Counted from the stretch's first letter, positions 12,143 through 22,396 are shown. The stretch: DNA of 64,000 nt from Minisyncoccia bacterium (GCA_049997795.1 JBEKVT010000002.1:129664-193663); one strand, 5' to 3'. The notes: generated by a model not told the origin, from the letters alone. A program made the numbers and translations.

Positions 12143-12169
12143 GGCTGAATTGTAGCAGAGAATCGGCGA

Positions 12170-13258
12170 TTATTTAATCAGCCTGGCTATGTCCTGCCAG
12201 GTTACGATGACCATGAGCACCATGAGCAGGGCGAAGCCGGCGAGATTGACGGCGTTGATGACTTTGGCGGGTATGCGCCGGCGGACGGCGCCCTCGATGG
12301 CCACGACGAGGATGCGACCGCCGTCAAGGGCCGGGAATGGGATAAGGTTGACCACGCCGAGATTGATGGAGATGAGCGCCGTGACCATGAGGAGATAGGT
12401 GAAGCCCAGTTGGGCCGCGTTGCCGACGATGCCGGCGATGCCGACCGGCCCGGTCACTTCCGAGAAGTTCGGAGCGCCTCGGAAGATGTCGGCGACGAAG
12501 CCGTACAGGCTGACGAAAGTCTCTTTGATCAAGGTGAGGGTATAGCGCAAGCTCTCGGATACCGCATTGAAGAACGGCAGCTTAAGATCGACGACGTTGT
12601 CCATGGCTATGCCGATAGCGTACTTCCCCGTCACGAGGCCTGAGGCCGGTATGATCTCGACGGATTTCAATCCGGAGCCGCGCGCGTATTCCACGGAAAT
12701 GGTATGGCTAGCGACAGAATTGATCGTGTTTTGGATATCCGCTACTGATTGCCTGACCTTGCCGCCGACCGAGACGAACACGTCCCCTTCCTTGAGCCCG
12801 GCCTTCTCCGCCGGAGAATCCGGCAAGACGTAAGTGATCATGACGCGCTGATTATGGAAGAGATCGGCATACTTCTCGAAACCGTCGACCGAGGCTGTCA
12901 CGCCGGAAGCGAAGACCCCGGCGTAGAGGAGCCAGGCGAAGATGAAATTGGCGAGGACGCCGGAGGCGAGCACCAGGATCTGCTTTGAGCGCGGCTTATT
13001 GACGAGGCTTTTCGATGAATCCGGCCCGCTCGTGTTCTCCTCGTTCGGGTCCTCGCCGAAGATCTTGACGTAGCCGCCGAACGGGATCAAGTTCAGGGCA
13101 TATTCCGTCTCCTTCCCTTTCCAGGAGACGATCCGCGGCCCGAAGCCGAGGGCGAACTTGTCCACCCGGACGCCACAGGCCCTGGCCACGAGGAAATGGC
13201 CCAGCTCGTGGGCCAGGATGAGCGCCGCCAGGACGATGATGAAGACGAGGACGGTCAT
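12170..13258 (-). CDS. rseP: RIP zinc metalloprotease RseP (site-2 protease)
   Basis: 'HELGHF' HExxH motif in TM1. PDZ region. C-terminal 'LDGG' motif. Confidence 0.85.
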   Translation of the reverse strand: MTVLVFIIVLAALILAHELGHFLVARACGVRVDKFALGFGPRIVSWKGKETEYALNLIPFGGYVKIFGEDPNEENTSGPDSSKSLVNKPRSKQILVLASGVLANFIFAWLLYAGVFASGVTASVDGFEKYADLFHNQRVMITYVLPDSPAEKAGLKEGDVFVSVGGKVRQSVADIQNTINSVASHTISVEYARGSGLKSVEIIPASGLVTGKYAIGIAMDNVVDLKLPFFNAVSESLRYTLTLIKETFVSLYGFVADIFRGAPNFSEVTGPVGIAGIVGNAAQLGFTYLLMVTALISINLGVVNLIPFPALDGGRILVVAIEGAVRRRIPAKVINAVNLAGFALLMVLMVIVTWQDIARLIK

Positions 13259-13809
13259 CAGGAGAGGATCTCTTTTTCCTTCTTGGCGTACATCTCTTCC
13301 AGCTTCTTATTGGTCTCGTCCACGATCTTCTGGGTCTCGTTCTTCAGGCGGAAGACCTCATCCTTGCCGAAGCCGCTCGCCTTCTCCTTGGCCTGGAGGT
13401 CTTTGACGATCTGGTCGCGATGGCCGCGGACGTGCTTCTTGGCGTCCTCGAGCTTGTCCTTGGCCATCTTGGCGTAGTCCTTGCGCTTGTCCGACGTCAG
13501 CTCGGGGAAATTGACGCGCACGCCCTCCCCGTCGGCGGCCACGGACATGCCGAGATTCGCCTCGTTGACGGCTTTCTCTATCTCCTTCACCTGAGCCTTG
13601 TCCCACGGCGTGAGGCGCAGGGTCCGGGCCCCTTCTATGATGATGGAGGCCACTTCTTTCAAGGCCATGGGCGTGCCGTAGACTTCCACCCGCACGCCGT
13701 CGAGGACCGCCGGCGAAGCCTGGCCGGTCCTGATCTGGGTCAGTTCCTTCTTTAGCCATTCCTCGGCGCTCGCGAGATTCTTCTTGAATGGGTTGAAGTC
13801 GTAAGCCAT
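13258..13809 (-). CDS. frr: Ribosome recycling factor
   Basis: The start was trimmed from the track ORF 13258..13845 to 'MAYDFNPF...'. RRF-typical 'LTQIRTGQASPAVLDGVRVEVYG'. Confidence 0.85.
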   Translation of the reverse strand: MAYDFNPFKKNLASAEEWLKKELTQIRTGQASPAVLDGVRVEVYGTPMALKEVASIIIEGARTLRLTPWDKAQVKEIEKAVNEANLGMSVAADGEGVRVNFPELTSDKRKDYAKMAKDKLEDAKKHVRGHRDQIVKDLQAKEKASGFGKDEVFRLKNETQKIVDETNKKLEEMYAKKEKEILS

Positions 13810-13945
13810 CGGTACACGCATTATAACACGCATCGCACCAAGCAAGTATCGGGTTCGGGGACACGGATATTTTCCTGCCGGAAAATTCCTCGTGCTCGCG
13901 CCAGTCGCGCCCGCAAGGTCCCCTTACCCGACACTTGCTTGGAGC

Positions 13946-14629
13946 TCAGATGCTCAATGCTACGTATTCAAGGAGCATTTTGAGCGACGGTGCCCGGTCG
14001 TTCATGTACCTCCTCGCGGTTTCCACGGCCTCGAGCGCTCCGGCGTTTTTCTTCACGCTCCCTTCGTGGATCGTTTCCTCCAGAGCATTCAAAAAATCTA
14101 TGGCGTCCTGCTTCGGCCGTTTTTCTTTAGAGATATCGTCCATCAGGGATTTGACGGCGTCCAATCTTTGCTTAACAGATGATTTTACAAATCTCTCCGC
14201 TTCTTTCATAAGTTCGGAATCGGCGGCTGCCTTTGATCCCCCATTCCCGATGAATGACAGCCGCGATTTGACCGTCGGCAAGAGCAAATGCGCCGAAGGT
14301 ATGATCAAAAAGAAATGGGCACTCACCGGCGGCTCCTCGAGGAGCTTGAGCAAGGCGTTCTGGGCTTCGACCGTGATGCCATTCATCGTCAGGACGAACA
14401 TCTTCCTGCCGGATTCGCGGACCGGCTTCGTCTCGGCCGCCGATTTCACCTCGCGGGCGTCGTCTATCGTGAACGTCTCGTAAGCCCTGTCGAAGAAGTC
14501 CGGGTTGCCTGCGATTTTGATCTTATGGCCCCGCTCCAGGATTTTGATCAGTTCAGTTTTAACAGGACCGTCGCCGACTAGACAGTACGCGTGGTGCGAC
14601 AGGGATTCCAGGGCATCGGACAAATGCAT
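13946..14629 (-). CDS. holB: DNA polymerase III delta' subunit-like (clamp-loader AAA+ lid; the P-loop appears reduced)
   Basis: 'ALLKLLEEPP' sensor motif and 'LLPTVKSR'. 227 aa. Confidence 0.65.
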   Translation of the reverse strand: MHLSDALESLSHHAYCLVGDGPVKTELIKILERGHKIKIAGNPDFFDRAYETFTIDDAREVKSAAETKPVRESGRKMFVLTMNGITVEAQNALLKLLEEPPVSAHFFLIIPSAHLLLPTVKSRLSFIGNGGSKAAADSELMKEAERFVKSSVKQRLDAVKSLMDDISKEKRPKQDAIDFLNALEETIHEGSVKKNAGALEAVETARRYMNDRAPSLKMLLEYVALSI

Positions 14630-14778
14630 GCCTGTATTGTAGCAAAAAAGAGGCCTCTCCCGGCATGCCGGAAGAGGCCTGATGAACGGAACCGAACTCT
14701 TGGAGAACCAGTCCCGTTCGGGGACGGGAGGGAAAGCTAATGATAATCTTCCTAGGCGATCTTTGTCAACCCCTTATT

Positions 14779-15801
14779 TTATCTCTTCGCCACGATGGCT
14801 TTCTTGTAGACGTCCAGGTGCTCGAGGGCGATGCCGGTGCCTTTGGCGACGCAAAGCAGAGGGTCTTCGGCAAGCTCCGCCTTGACGCCGATCCGGCGGA
14901 AGACGAGCTCGGGGAAATGCCTAAGGAGCGAGGAACCGCCGGTCATGGTGATGCCTTGGTCGATGATGTCGGCCGCGAGCTCCGGCGGCGTCTCCTGGAG
15001 GACATCCTTCATGGCCTTGATCATGTCTCGAAGGGGCGCGGCCACGGCCTTGACGATCTCGTTGGTCTTGATCTCAGTCGAGCGCGGCAGGCCGGAGATG
15101 AAGTCCCGGCCCTTCACGGTCATGCCGAGCTCGGCCTCGAGCGGGATGGCCGAGCCGATCTGGATCTTGATGATCTCCGCCATGTGGTCGCCGATCCAGA
15201 GATTGAAGACCTTCTTGATGTGGTCGGCGATGGCGGCGTCGAGCTTGTTCCCCGCGCATTTGACGGAGATGGAGGAGACGATGCCCCCGAGCGAGATGAC
15301 CGCTATGTCGGTGGTGCCGCCGCCGATGTCGACGACCATGTGGCCGCGGGCTTCCTGGATGGGGATGCCGGCGCCGATAGCGGCCAGGACCGGCTCCTTG
15401 ACCACGTAGGCATTCTTGGCCCCGGCCCGGATGGCCGCCTCTATGACGGCCCGGCGCTCGGTCGAAGTGACCGAAGCAGGCACGGAGATCATGACGTCTG
15501 GCTTGAAGAAGCCCAGGCGGCCGAGGGCTTTGTCCATGAAATAGCGCAGCATGGCCTCGGTGATGCGGTAATCGGCGATGACGCCATCCTTCATCGGCCG
15601 GTAGGCCACGATCGATTCCGGGGTCCGGCCGACCATCTCCTTGGCGTCGTTCCCCACCGCCAGGACCTTCTTGTCCACTTCGGAAACGGCCACCACAGAC
15701 GGCTCGTTAAGGATGATGCCCTTGCCGGGCACGAAGACCAGAGTGTTGGCCGTGCCCAAATCGATGCCCAGTTTGGGGGCGAAAAAGCTCATGAAACGCA
15801 C
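14779..15801 (-). CDS. mreB: Second MreB-like actin homologue
   Basis: 'LGIDLGTANTLVFV', 'DIGGGTTDIAVISLGGIV'. A paralogue of the gene at 9752..10816. Confidence 0.85.
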   Translation of the reverse strand: MRFMSFFAPKLGIDLGTANTLVFVPGKGIILNEPSVVAVSEVDKKVLAVGNDAKEMVGRTPESIVAYRPMKDGVIADYRITEAMLRYFMDKALGRLGFFKPDVMISVPASVTSTERRAVIEAAIRAGAKNAYVVKEPVLAAIGAGIPIQEARGHMVVDIGGGTTDIAVISLGGIVSSISVKCAGNKLDAAIADHIKKVFNLWIGDHMAEIIKIQIGSAIPLEAELGMTVKGRDFISGLPRSTEIKTNEIVKAVAAPLRDMIKAMKDVLQETPPELAADIIDQGITMTGGSSLLRHFPELVFRRIGVKAELAEDPLLCVAKGTGIALEHLDVYKKAIVAKR

Positions 15802-17120
15802 TATAGCACAACTCTTTTTATTTGTGCACCGAGCGGGATCAGGCGCTCTTCGAGCCTCTCATAGCCCCGATCTATCAGATTGACGTTCCCCACGGTGAAA
15901 GTCCCCTTGCCCGCGAGAGCCGCCAGGGTGACGGCGAAGCCGGCGCGGATGTCATGGGCCTTGAGCTCTCCGTCGCCTGGCAAGACCGCAAGCGGCGTAG
16001 GGCCTTTGATCTCTATCTCGCGCGGATTCATGACGGCGATCGAAGCGCCGAGCTTCTTGAGGTCTTCGACGTATTTGAATCTCCCGTCGTATATCGTCTC
16101 GAAGACCTTGCTCTCCCCGGAGACCTGAGTGAGATACGTCACCATGACCGGCTGCAGGTCGGTGGGAAAGCCCGGATATTCGTGGGTGCGCAGGTCCAGG
16201 ACGGGCTTGAACGAGGAGGCCGGCTTCGAATTCCCCTTTATCCTGATCACGGACGACCCTGTCTCTATGGGCACTCCGGAATCCCTGAGGAGGCCGATCG
16301 TCGACTCGAGGTGGCCGGGCTCGCAGTCCTCGATGGCCAATTCTTCGGCGCACAGAGCGCCCAAGATGAGAAAACTGCCGGCTTCTATGCGGTCAGGGAT
16401 GGTCACGTAAGGCTTTTTCGGCGATAGCAACTTGCCGGCCGTCCCTTCTATCTCGATGGTCGGGGTGCCGGCGCCTTTTATCTTCGCGCCGCAGGCATTG
16501 AGCCATCCGGCCAAGCTGACTATCTCCGGTTCCATGGCGCAGTTTTTCAAGACCGTCCGGCCAGCCGCCAGCACGGCGGCCATCATCAGAGTCTCAGTCC
16601 CGCCGACGGATACCTTGTCGAAAAAGATCCCCGCGCCCTTAAGGCCGCCGGGCGCTCCTATCTTATACAGGCGGTCCTCGTCGTCGAGCGCGGCCACGGC
16701 GCCCATCTTCCGGTATCCGGCGATGAAGAGATCTATGGGACGGGTGCCTATGACGCAGCCGCCGGGGGCCGGGAATGACGCTTCTTTGAAGCGCGAGAGG
16801 AGCGGGCCGGTGAGGACTACCGAGGCCCTCATATTCCCAGCCAACTCCGAATCTACGCTGGTCGAATCCAGGGCGCCTGCATCGACCGTCAAAGTCTTGC
16901 CTTTGCGGCCGATCTTCGTCCCGAGCTTCGCCAGGATCTTCGAAAGAGTATCGATGTCGTCCGTTTCCGGGACATTCTCGAGGCAGACCGGCCCGTCGAA
17001 AAGCACGGCCGCGGCCATGGCTTTCAGGGCCGCGTTCTTGGCGCCGTTCACCTTGACGGTCCCCTTCAACCGCTTCTTACCGGCCAGGCCTTCTATGACG
17101 AATGATTCCTTATTTTCCAT
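15801..17120 (-). CDS. murA: UDP-N-acetylglucosamine 1-carboxyvinyltransferase
   Basis: 'KVNGAKNAALKAMAAAVL'. EPSP-synthase fold repeats. The 439-aa length fits MurA. Confidence 0.9.
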   Translation of the reverse strand: MENKESFVIEGLAGKKRLKGTVKVNGAKNAALKAMAAAVLFDGPVCLENVPETDDIDTLSKILAKLGTKIGRKGKTLTVDAGALDSTSVDSELAGNMRASVVLTGPLLSRFKEASFPAPGGCVIGTRPIDLFIAGYRKMGAVAALDDEDRLYKIGAPGGLKGAGIFFDKVSVGGTETLMMAAVLAAGRTVLKNCAMEPEIVSLAGWLNACGAKIKGAGTPTIEIEGTAGKLLSPKKPYVTIPDRIEAGSFLILGALCAEELAIEDCEPGHLESTIGLLRDSGVPIETGSSVIRIKGNSKPASSFKPVLDLRTHEYPGFPTDLQPVMVTYLTQVSGESKVFETIYDGRFKYVEDLKKLGASIAVMNPREIEIKGPTPLAVLPGDGELKAHDIRAGFAVTLAALAGKGTFTVGNVNLIDRGYERLEERLIPLGAQIKRVVL

Positions 17121-17231
17121 TTGTTCGCGTATGGGCTATTGTAATCGGTTCAGGGATATTTCACAAATAAAAAGCCCCGTGCGCCATCCATCATGCGGAT
17201 GGTCCACGGGGCGGCTGATCGATCGGAGAAG

Positions 17232-17453
17232 TCACGGTCTCGTCTCGTGGGACGGGGCCGGCTCGGCCGGAGCGGGAGAGGTTTTCCAGGTCCAACCGAG
17301 AAAATGGCCTACGACCCAGAGCACGCCTGCCGCGACGACGAAGATGATGATCGCCTTGGGCGCGGAGATCTTCTCCGACCTTGAAGAACTGTTGTAATCG
17401 AGCGGAGAGCTCATATGGCGTCTTATTGCTCCTTTCGAGATACGTAATAGCAT
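17232..17453 (-). CDS. Small single-TM protein (hypothetical)
   Basis: One hydrophobic helix 'IIIFVVAAGVLWVVGHFLGW'. No recognisable family. Confidence 0.3.
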   Translation of the reverse strand: MLLRISKGAIRRHMSSPLDYNSSSRSEKISAPKAIIIFVVAAGVLWVVGHFLGWTWKTSPAPAEPAPSHETRP

Positions 17454-17503
17454 CTATAGGATCTTTGTCAAGTATTTAAATGCCCTGAAAATAAGGTATA
17501 ACT

Positions 17504-19501
17504 ATGGCAATGAATCTGATCGCCGTCATCCCCCTCTCCCGCCTCAAGGTGGCTCCGACGCTCTCGTACTTCACTTCCTCGGAGGTGCCGGTCGGCGCGG
17601 TGGTGACCGTGCCCCTCCGGTCGAGGTCGGTCCACGCTATCGTGGCCGAAGCGCGCCGGGCCGAGGACTTGAAGGCCGAGCTCCGGAGCGCCCCGTACGA
17701 GATACGGAAGCTCGGCAAGGTCAAGGCCGGGGCCTTCTTCTCGACCGCTTTCATGGATTCGTGCCGAACGCTCGCCGACTGGTACGGGACGAATACCGGA
17801 GCCGTGGTCAAAGCCATGGTCTCCGAGACGATCTTGGAGAACGCCCATAGGATCGCCCCGCCCTTGCCGCTCCAGCCGAGCTTCCTAGGCGCCGAACCGG
17901 CCCCGGACGAGACCTACGCCGTAGAGGGAGACGACGCCGACCGCATGAGCTCGTGGCGGAGCCTCATCCGCCAGGAATTCGCCCGCAAGAAATCGGTGGC
18001 CGTCTACGTCCCGACCATCGAAGACGCCAGGCGGACCTTCGCCGCTCTGGAAAAAGGCATCGAAGGCTATATCATCCTCCTTCACGGGGGTCTTTCGAAG
18101 AAGAAGGCTTTGGAGGCTTGGGCGGCCGCGGCCGAGAACCGGCATCCGGTCGTGGTGGTGGCCACCGCTTCTTTTTCCGTCCTGCCGCGGGGCGACGTCG
18201 AGACCGTCGTCATCGAGCGGGAGAACAGCCGCGGCTGGGTCTCCCAGAGGGCGCCCTGCCTCGACCTGCGCCGGGCCCTGGAGGCCGCGGCGAGGCGAGA
18301 GCATCGGACCGTTTTCCTCTCGGATTGCTTGCTCCGAGTCGAGACCTTGAAGCGCCTGGACGAGCACGAGATCGCCCCGGGCACGCCATTCAAGTGGCGG
18401 TCCGTCTCCACAGCCAAGGATTCCTTGATAGACATGCGCCGCGTCCCGAAAGCCGGCGTCCCGGCGACGGCCAAGGGCAAACCAGGATCGGACGAAGAAA
18501 AACAACCCTTCAGAGTCATTTCGGCCGAGCTCGAGAGCTTGATAGCCGAGAATCGCCGCGACAGCACCCATCTTTTCATCCTGACGGCGAGGCGCGGCCT
18601 CTCGCCGATCACGACCTGCGACGATTGCGGCACCGTCGTCCTTTGTTCCCAATGTTCCGCTCCGGTCGTCCTGCACGCCTCGAAGGAGACTGGAGCGCCG
18701 GGCGGCAGGCAGGGCCTGCCTGCCGGTAGGCATGGCAAGAATTTCTTCATGTGCCATGTCTGCGGCGAGCGCCGGAGCGCCGAGGAGACCTGCAAGAACT
18801 GCGGCAGCTGGCGGCTCTCGCCCCTCGGCATCGGCATCGATCGGGCCGAGCAGGAGATCCGGGAGGGATTCCCGGATATAGACATGTTCAAGATAGACGC
18901 CGACGCCACCAAGACGGAGGGAGAGATGGCCGAGGTCATGGAGAAGTGGAAAGCAAGGCCCGGCAGCGTCCTCCTCGGCACGGAAGCGGCCCTCTCGCGC
19001 CTTGCCGCTCCGGTCGACCACGCGGCGGTGGTCTCGCTCGATTCCCTGTTCGCCCTGCCGGATTTCCGGATAACGGAGAGAGTGATGTATCTTCTGGTCC
19101 GCCTGCGGGCCGCCGTGAGCCGCTCCATCCTGGTCCAGACCAGGCGGCCGGAGGAGAAGATCTTTGAGTACGGCCTGAAGGGCAATTTGAGCGATTTTTA
19201 CCACGCCGTCCTCTCCGAGCGCCGGCGCTTCGATTACCCGCCATTCTCCACCCTGATCAAGATCACCCTCGAGGGCAAGAAGGACAGGATCGCCAAGGAG
19301 ATGGGCGAGCTGCAGGCCTTCCTCGCGCCGCACGACGTAGACGTCTTCCCCGCCTTCACCTCGACCGTCCGCGGCGCTTCCGTCATCCACGGCCTCATCA
19401 GGGTCCCGTCGAAGCATTGGCCGGAGCCGGAGCTCGTGGCCAAACTGCGGTCTTTGCCGCCCGGCGTTTCCGTCAAGATCGACCCGGAATCGCTATTGTA
19501 G
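17504..19501 (+). CDS. priA: Primosomal protein N' (PriA)-like with degenerate helicase motifs
   Basis: PriA Cys4 zinc-ribbon 'CDDCG...CSQCS...CHVCG...CKNCG'. Collinear with PriA through the helicase C-terminal and WH/CTD regions. Walker A is replaced by 'ARKKSVAV'. The DEEH box is replaced by 'IEREN'. Confidence 0.7.
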   Translation: MAMNLIAVIPLSRLKVAPTLSYFTSSEVPVGAVVTVPLRSRSVHAIVAEARRAEDLKAELRSAPYEIRKLGKVKAGAFFSTAFMDSCRTLADWYGTNTGAVVKAMVSETILENAHRIAPPLPLQPSFLGAEPAPDETYAVEGDDADRMSSWRSLIRQEFARKKSVAVYVPTIEDARRTFAALEKGIEGYIILLHGGLSKKKALEAWAAAAENRHPVVVVATASFSVLPRGDVETVVIERENSRGWVSQRAPCLDLRRALEAAARREHRTVFLSDCLLRVETLKRLDEHEIAPGTPFKWRSVSTAKDSLIDMRRVPKAGVPATAKGKPGSDEEKQPFRVISAELESLIAENRRDSTHLFILTARRGLSPITTCDDCGTVVLCSQCSAPVVLHASKETGAPGGRQGLPAGRHGKNFFMCHVCGERRSAEETCKNCGSWRLSPLGIGIDRAEQEIREGFPDIDMFKIDADATKTEGEMAEVMEKWKARPGSVLLGTEAALSRLAAPVDHAAVVSLDSLFALPDFRITERVMYLLVRLRAAVSRSILVQTRRPEEKIFEYGLKGNLSDFYHAVLSERRRFDYPPFSTLIKITLEGKKDRIAKEMGELQAFLAPHDVDVFPAFTSTVRGASVIHGLIRVPSKHWPEPELVAKLRSLPPGVSVKIDPESLL

Positions 19502-19527
19502 CCGTTCCATGATACATTTTTCCCAAT

Positions 19528-20061
19528 ATGTCTGAGATCGTAGGGCGCGACAACCCGATATTGCGGGGCAGGGCCAAGACGGTGCCGAGAAGCGACATCG
19601 GCTCCGATCGCTTGAAGAAGATCGTCGCCCGCCTGAGGGCCGCCCTGGCTCCCGAGAAGGACGGCATCGCCATCGCCGCGCCGCAGATCGGCGAGCCGAT
19701 CCGCCTTTTCCTCGTCTCGGGCGAGCTCTTGAAGAAAGCCGACAAGACCTACAAGGGCGACGGCTCCGACATGGTCTTCATAAATCCGGAGATCACCCGG
19801 CGGTCGCGGGACAAGAAGGAGGTCGAGGAGGGCTGCTTGTCCATCCGCTGGCTCTACGGCAAGGTCAAGCGCTCGACCCGCGTCACTTTGACCGCTCTGG
19901 ACGAGAACGGCGCCAAGATCGAACGCGGCGCGAGCGGCCTCCTGTCGCAGATCTTCCAGCACGAGGTCGATCATCTCGACGGCGTCCTTTTCACCGACAA
20001 GGCCCGGGAGATATGGGAGCTTTCGCCGGAAGAGATCGCCGAACTGCAGAATAAGCCCTGA
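19528..20061 (+). CDS. def: Peptide deformylase
   Basis: 'GIAIAAPQIG', 'EGCLS', 'QHEVDHLDG' motifs. Confidence 0.9.
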   Translation: MSEIVGRDNPILRGRAKTVPRSDIGSDRLKKIVARLRAALAPEKDGIAIAAPQIGEPIRLFLVSGELLKKADKTYKGDGSDMVFINPEITRRSRDKKEVEEGCLSIRWLYGKVKRSTRVTLTALDENGAKIERGASGLLSQIFQHEVDHLDGVLFTDKAREIWELSPEEIAELQNKP

Positions 20062-20079
20062 GCCGCGAGCGGCACTGCC

Positions 20080-20949
20080 ATGGTGAGCAAAGACATCAAA
20101 ATAGGATTCTTCGGGACGCCGGAATACGCCGCGACGACGCTCGAGCATCTGCAGAAAGCGGGCTTCAGCCTGAAGTTCGTCGTGACCAATCCGGACCGGC
20201 CGAGGGGCCGCGGCTTGGCCGTGACCGCTCCGCCCGCGAAGGTCTGGGCCGAAAAGCACGGCGTGCCCGTCCTCCAGCCGGAGACATTGCGCGGCAATAA
20301 GGAGCTCGCGGAAAAATTGAAATCCTACGGCTGCGACGTATTCATAGTGATAGCCTATGGAAAGATCATCCCTGAAGAAATATTCGATATCCCGCCGAGG
20401 AAGACTTTGAATATCCACGGCTCTCTTTTACCGAAACTGCGCGGAGCAAGCCCGATCGAGACCGCTATCCTGGAAGACCTGAGGGAGACCGGGGTGACCG
20501 TCATGCGCGTGGACGGCCTTTTGGATCACGGGCCGATCGTCGCGCAGAGAAAGGTCAGGGTCGAGCCATGGCCCCCATCGGCCCGCGAGTTGGGCGCGAA
20601 GATCGTCGAGGAAGGCGCAAGGCTGATCGTGGAGATCCTGCCGGACTGGGTAGCCGGGAAGATCCTGGAGACCGAGCAAAACCACGCCGCCGCGACCTTG
20701 ACCAAGAAGATATCCAAAGAAGACGCGCTTCTCGACCTTAAGGCAGACCCGTACGAGAATTTCCGGAAGGTCCAGGCCTTCAGCGAATGGCCCGTAGCTT
20801 ACTTCCTCGCGGAGCGCGGCGGCAAAAAGATCCGGGTGAAGATAACCCGGGCCTCATGGAAGGACGGCAAGCTCGAGATAGAGAAAGTCGTGCCGGAAGG
20901 AGCCAAAGAGATGGCTTACGGGGATTTTCTCAAAGGGCATCGTCTCTAG
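20080..20949 (+). CDS. fmt: Methionyl-tRNA formyltransferase
   Basis: 'IGFFGTPEYAA' N-terminus. 'NIHGSLLPKLRGASP' motif. Sits directly downstream of def. Confidence 0.9.
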   Translation: MVSKDIKIGFFGTPEYAATTLEHLQKAGFSLKFVVTNPDRPRGRGLAVTAPPAKVWAEKHGVPVLQPETLRGNKELAEKLKSYGCDVFIVIAYGKIIPEEIFDIPPRKTLNIHGSLLPKLRGASPIETAILEDLRETGVTVMRVDGLLDHGPIVAQRKVRVEPWPPSARELGAKIVEEGARLIVEILPDWVAGKILETEQNHAAATLTKKISKEDALLDLKADPYENFRKVQAFSEWPVAYFLAERGGKKIRVKITRASWKDGKLEIEKVVPEGAKEMAYGDFLKGHRL

Positions 20950-21340
20950 TCCGGCCCCTGCGCCATCCCCTCTCGCCCCACGGCCAGAGGCCCTTCATCA
21001 TCGCCTTGACGCGGGCGCCGCTCCTCCGGATGAACGACCGGTGCTTCTTCTTGCCAGTGCGGATCTCTTTGACGATCTCGTCGCGGACGCCGCAGACGGC
21101 CAGATGCAAATCCTCGTTCATGACCGCGGCGTAGGCGTCCAAGCCGCGGCCAACGATGTGGATCTCGGCCCGGAAGACGTCGCCTTTCTGATGGTGATCG
21201 GTGGTGCGCGACAGCTCCACGTCGCAGACGACCGACGGGTCGCGGCTGACGAGCTTCCTTATCTTCGCCAGGCGTTTCTCGAGATAGCCGGAGACCGACG
21301 GGTTCAGGGAGAGATTGGTGGCTTTGACGCGGATGTTCAT
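20930..21340 (-). CDS. hpf: Ribosome hibernation-promoting factor / RaiA family
   Basis: Start trimmed to 'MNIRVKATNLSLNPSVSGYLEKRL...'. YfiA fold signature. Confidence 0.7.
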   Translation of the reverse strand: MNIRVKATNLSLNPSVSGYLEKRLAKIRKLVSRDPSVVCDVELSRTTDHHQKGDVFRAEIHIVGRGLDAYAAVMNEDLHLAVCGVRDEIVKEIRTGKKKHRSFIRRSGARVKAMMKGLWPWGERGWRRGRTRDDAL

Positions 21341-21368
21341 GTCTTTGGCGGGATCATGTCCCGACGGA

Positions 21369-21968
21369 TCATTGCTTGGGCTGGAGCTTGCCGTACATGC
21401 CGACGAGCCTGGCCTGATCGAGGACATGGCCTTGCATGGCCTTGAAGACGTCGGCCTTTGACGCCCCTTCCGAAAGAGGCAGCATGCCGTCTACGGCGTA
21501 GACCATGAAGATATAATGGTGCGTCCCCAGGGGCGGGCACGGGCCGAAATAGCCGAGACCGCCGTTATCGTTCTTGCCGGAAGTGCCGACGGGGACCTGG
21601 CCCTCGGAGATGGCGGTGGTAGCCGGATCGATGTTGAAAGCCACCCAATGATCGAAACCCAGGGTGCTGGGGGCATCTGGGTCGTGCAAGACGAGAGTGA
21701 GCGACTGGGTTCCGGTCGGCACGCCGGAGATCGTAAGCGGCGGACTCGTGCCCCGGCCGTCGCAAGTATAGATGGCCGGAAGGCGCCCGTTATTCTCGAA
21801 GGCGGAGCTCGTCAGTTTTATGGTTGATGGTACGACGGCTGGCATGAATTCATTCGATGATCGCTCGTATATGAACTGCGGCAGGGAGAGCGCCGCCATC
21901 GAGACTACGGCTATGGTGACGGCGGCGGTGCAGAAGACGGCGAAGATGGTGGCGGTGTTCCACTTCAC
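21369..21968 (-). CDS. YbhB/YbcL-family PEBP (Raf kinase inhibitor-like) protein with signal/TM
   Basis: 'GRGTSPPL...LVLHDPDAP...GPCPP...HHYIF' PEBP motifs. Confidence 0.8.
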   Translation of the reverse strand: MKWNTATIFAVFCTAAVTIAVVSMAALSLPQFIYERSSNEFMPAVVPSTIKLTSSAFENNGRLPAIYTCDGRGTSPPLTISGVPTGTQSLTLVLHDPDAPSTLGFDHWVAFNIDPATTAISEGQVPVGTSGKNDNGGLGYFGPCPPLGTHHYIFMVYAVDGMLPLSEGASKADVFKAMQGHVLDQARLVGMYGKLQPKQ

Positions 21969-22088
21969 GGCTGTATCTTACCACCGTTTCCCCCGCTGCA
22001 CACGGCCGCGTCCGGAGGCGAAGACTGGTTTTTGATTTAGGCCGGTTGATATGCTACATTTCCCGATGTCGGCCTCATTCAAAAGACA

Positions 22089-22162
22089 TTCCGGAGTAGC
22101 TCAGCGGTAGAGCAGTCGCCTGTTAAGCGATTGGTCGGTGGTTCGAATCCACCCTCCGGAGC
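22089..22162 (+). tRNA. tRNA-Asn (anticodon GTT)
   Basis: Cloverleaf folded by hand. Acceptor TCCGGAG/CTCCGGA. T-arm GGTGG-TTCGAAT-CCACC. Anticodon loop CTGTTAA. Confidence 0.8.
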
Positions 22163-22183
22163 CGGTTGTGATATAATCCCGCC

Positions 22184-22396
22184 ATGGATCCCGCGGTGGA
22201 AAAGGAGCTGCGCGAGCAGCGCGAGCTCATCGAGAAGATATACGTCTCGGTCGAAAAGACCAGGAAGTATTACCTTTGGACGGTGTGGGGCACGGTCATC
22301 ATCTTCGTCGTGCCGCTCATCATCCTGGCCTTCGTCTTGCCTTCATTCATGAACACCTATTCCAGCTACTTGACCGGCAGCGGATTGGGTCTGTAG
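22184..22396 (+). CDS. Small membrane protein (hypothetical)
   Basis: 70 aa with one TM ('TVWGTVIIFVVPLIILAFVL'). Immediately downstream of tRNA-Asn. Confidence 0.35.
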   Translation: MDPAVEKELREQRELIEKIYVSVEKTRKYYLWTVWGTVIIFVVPLIILAFVLPSFMNTYSSYLTGSGLGL

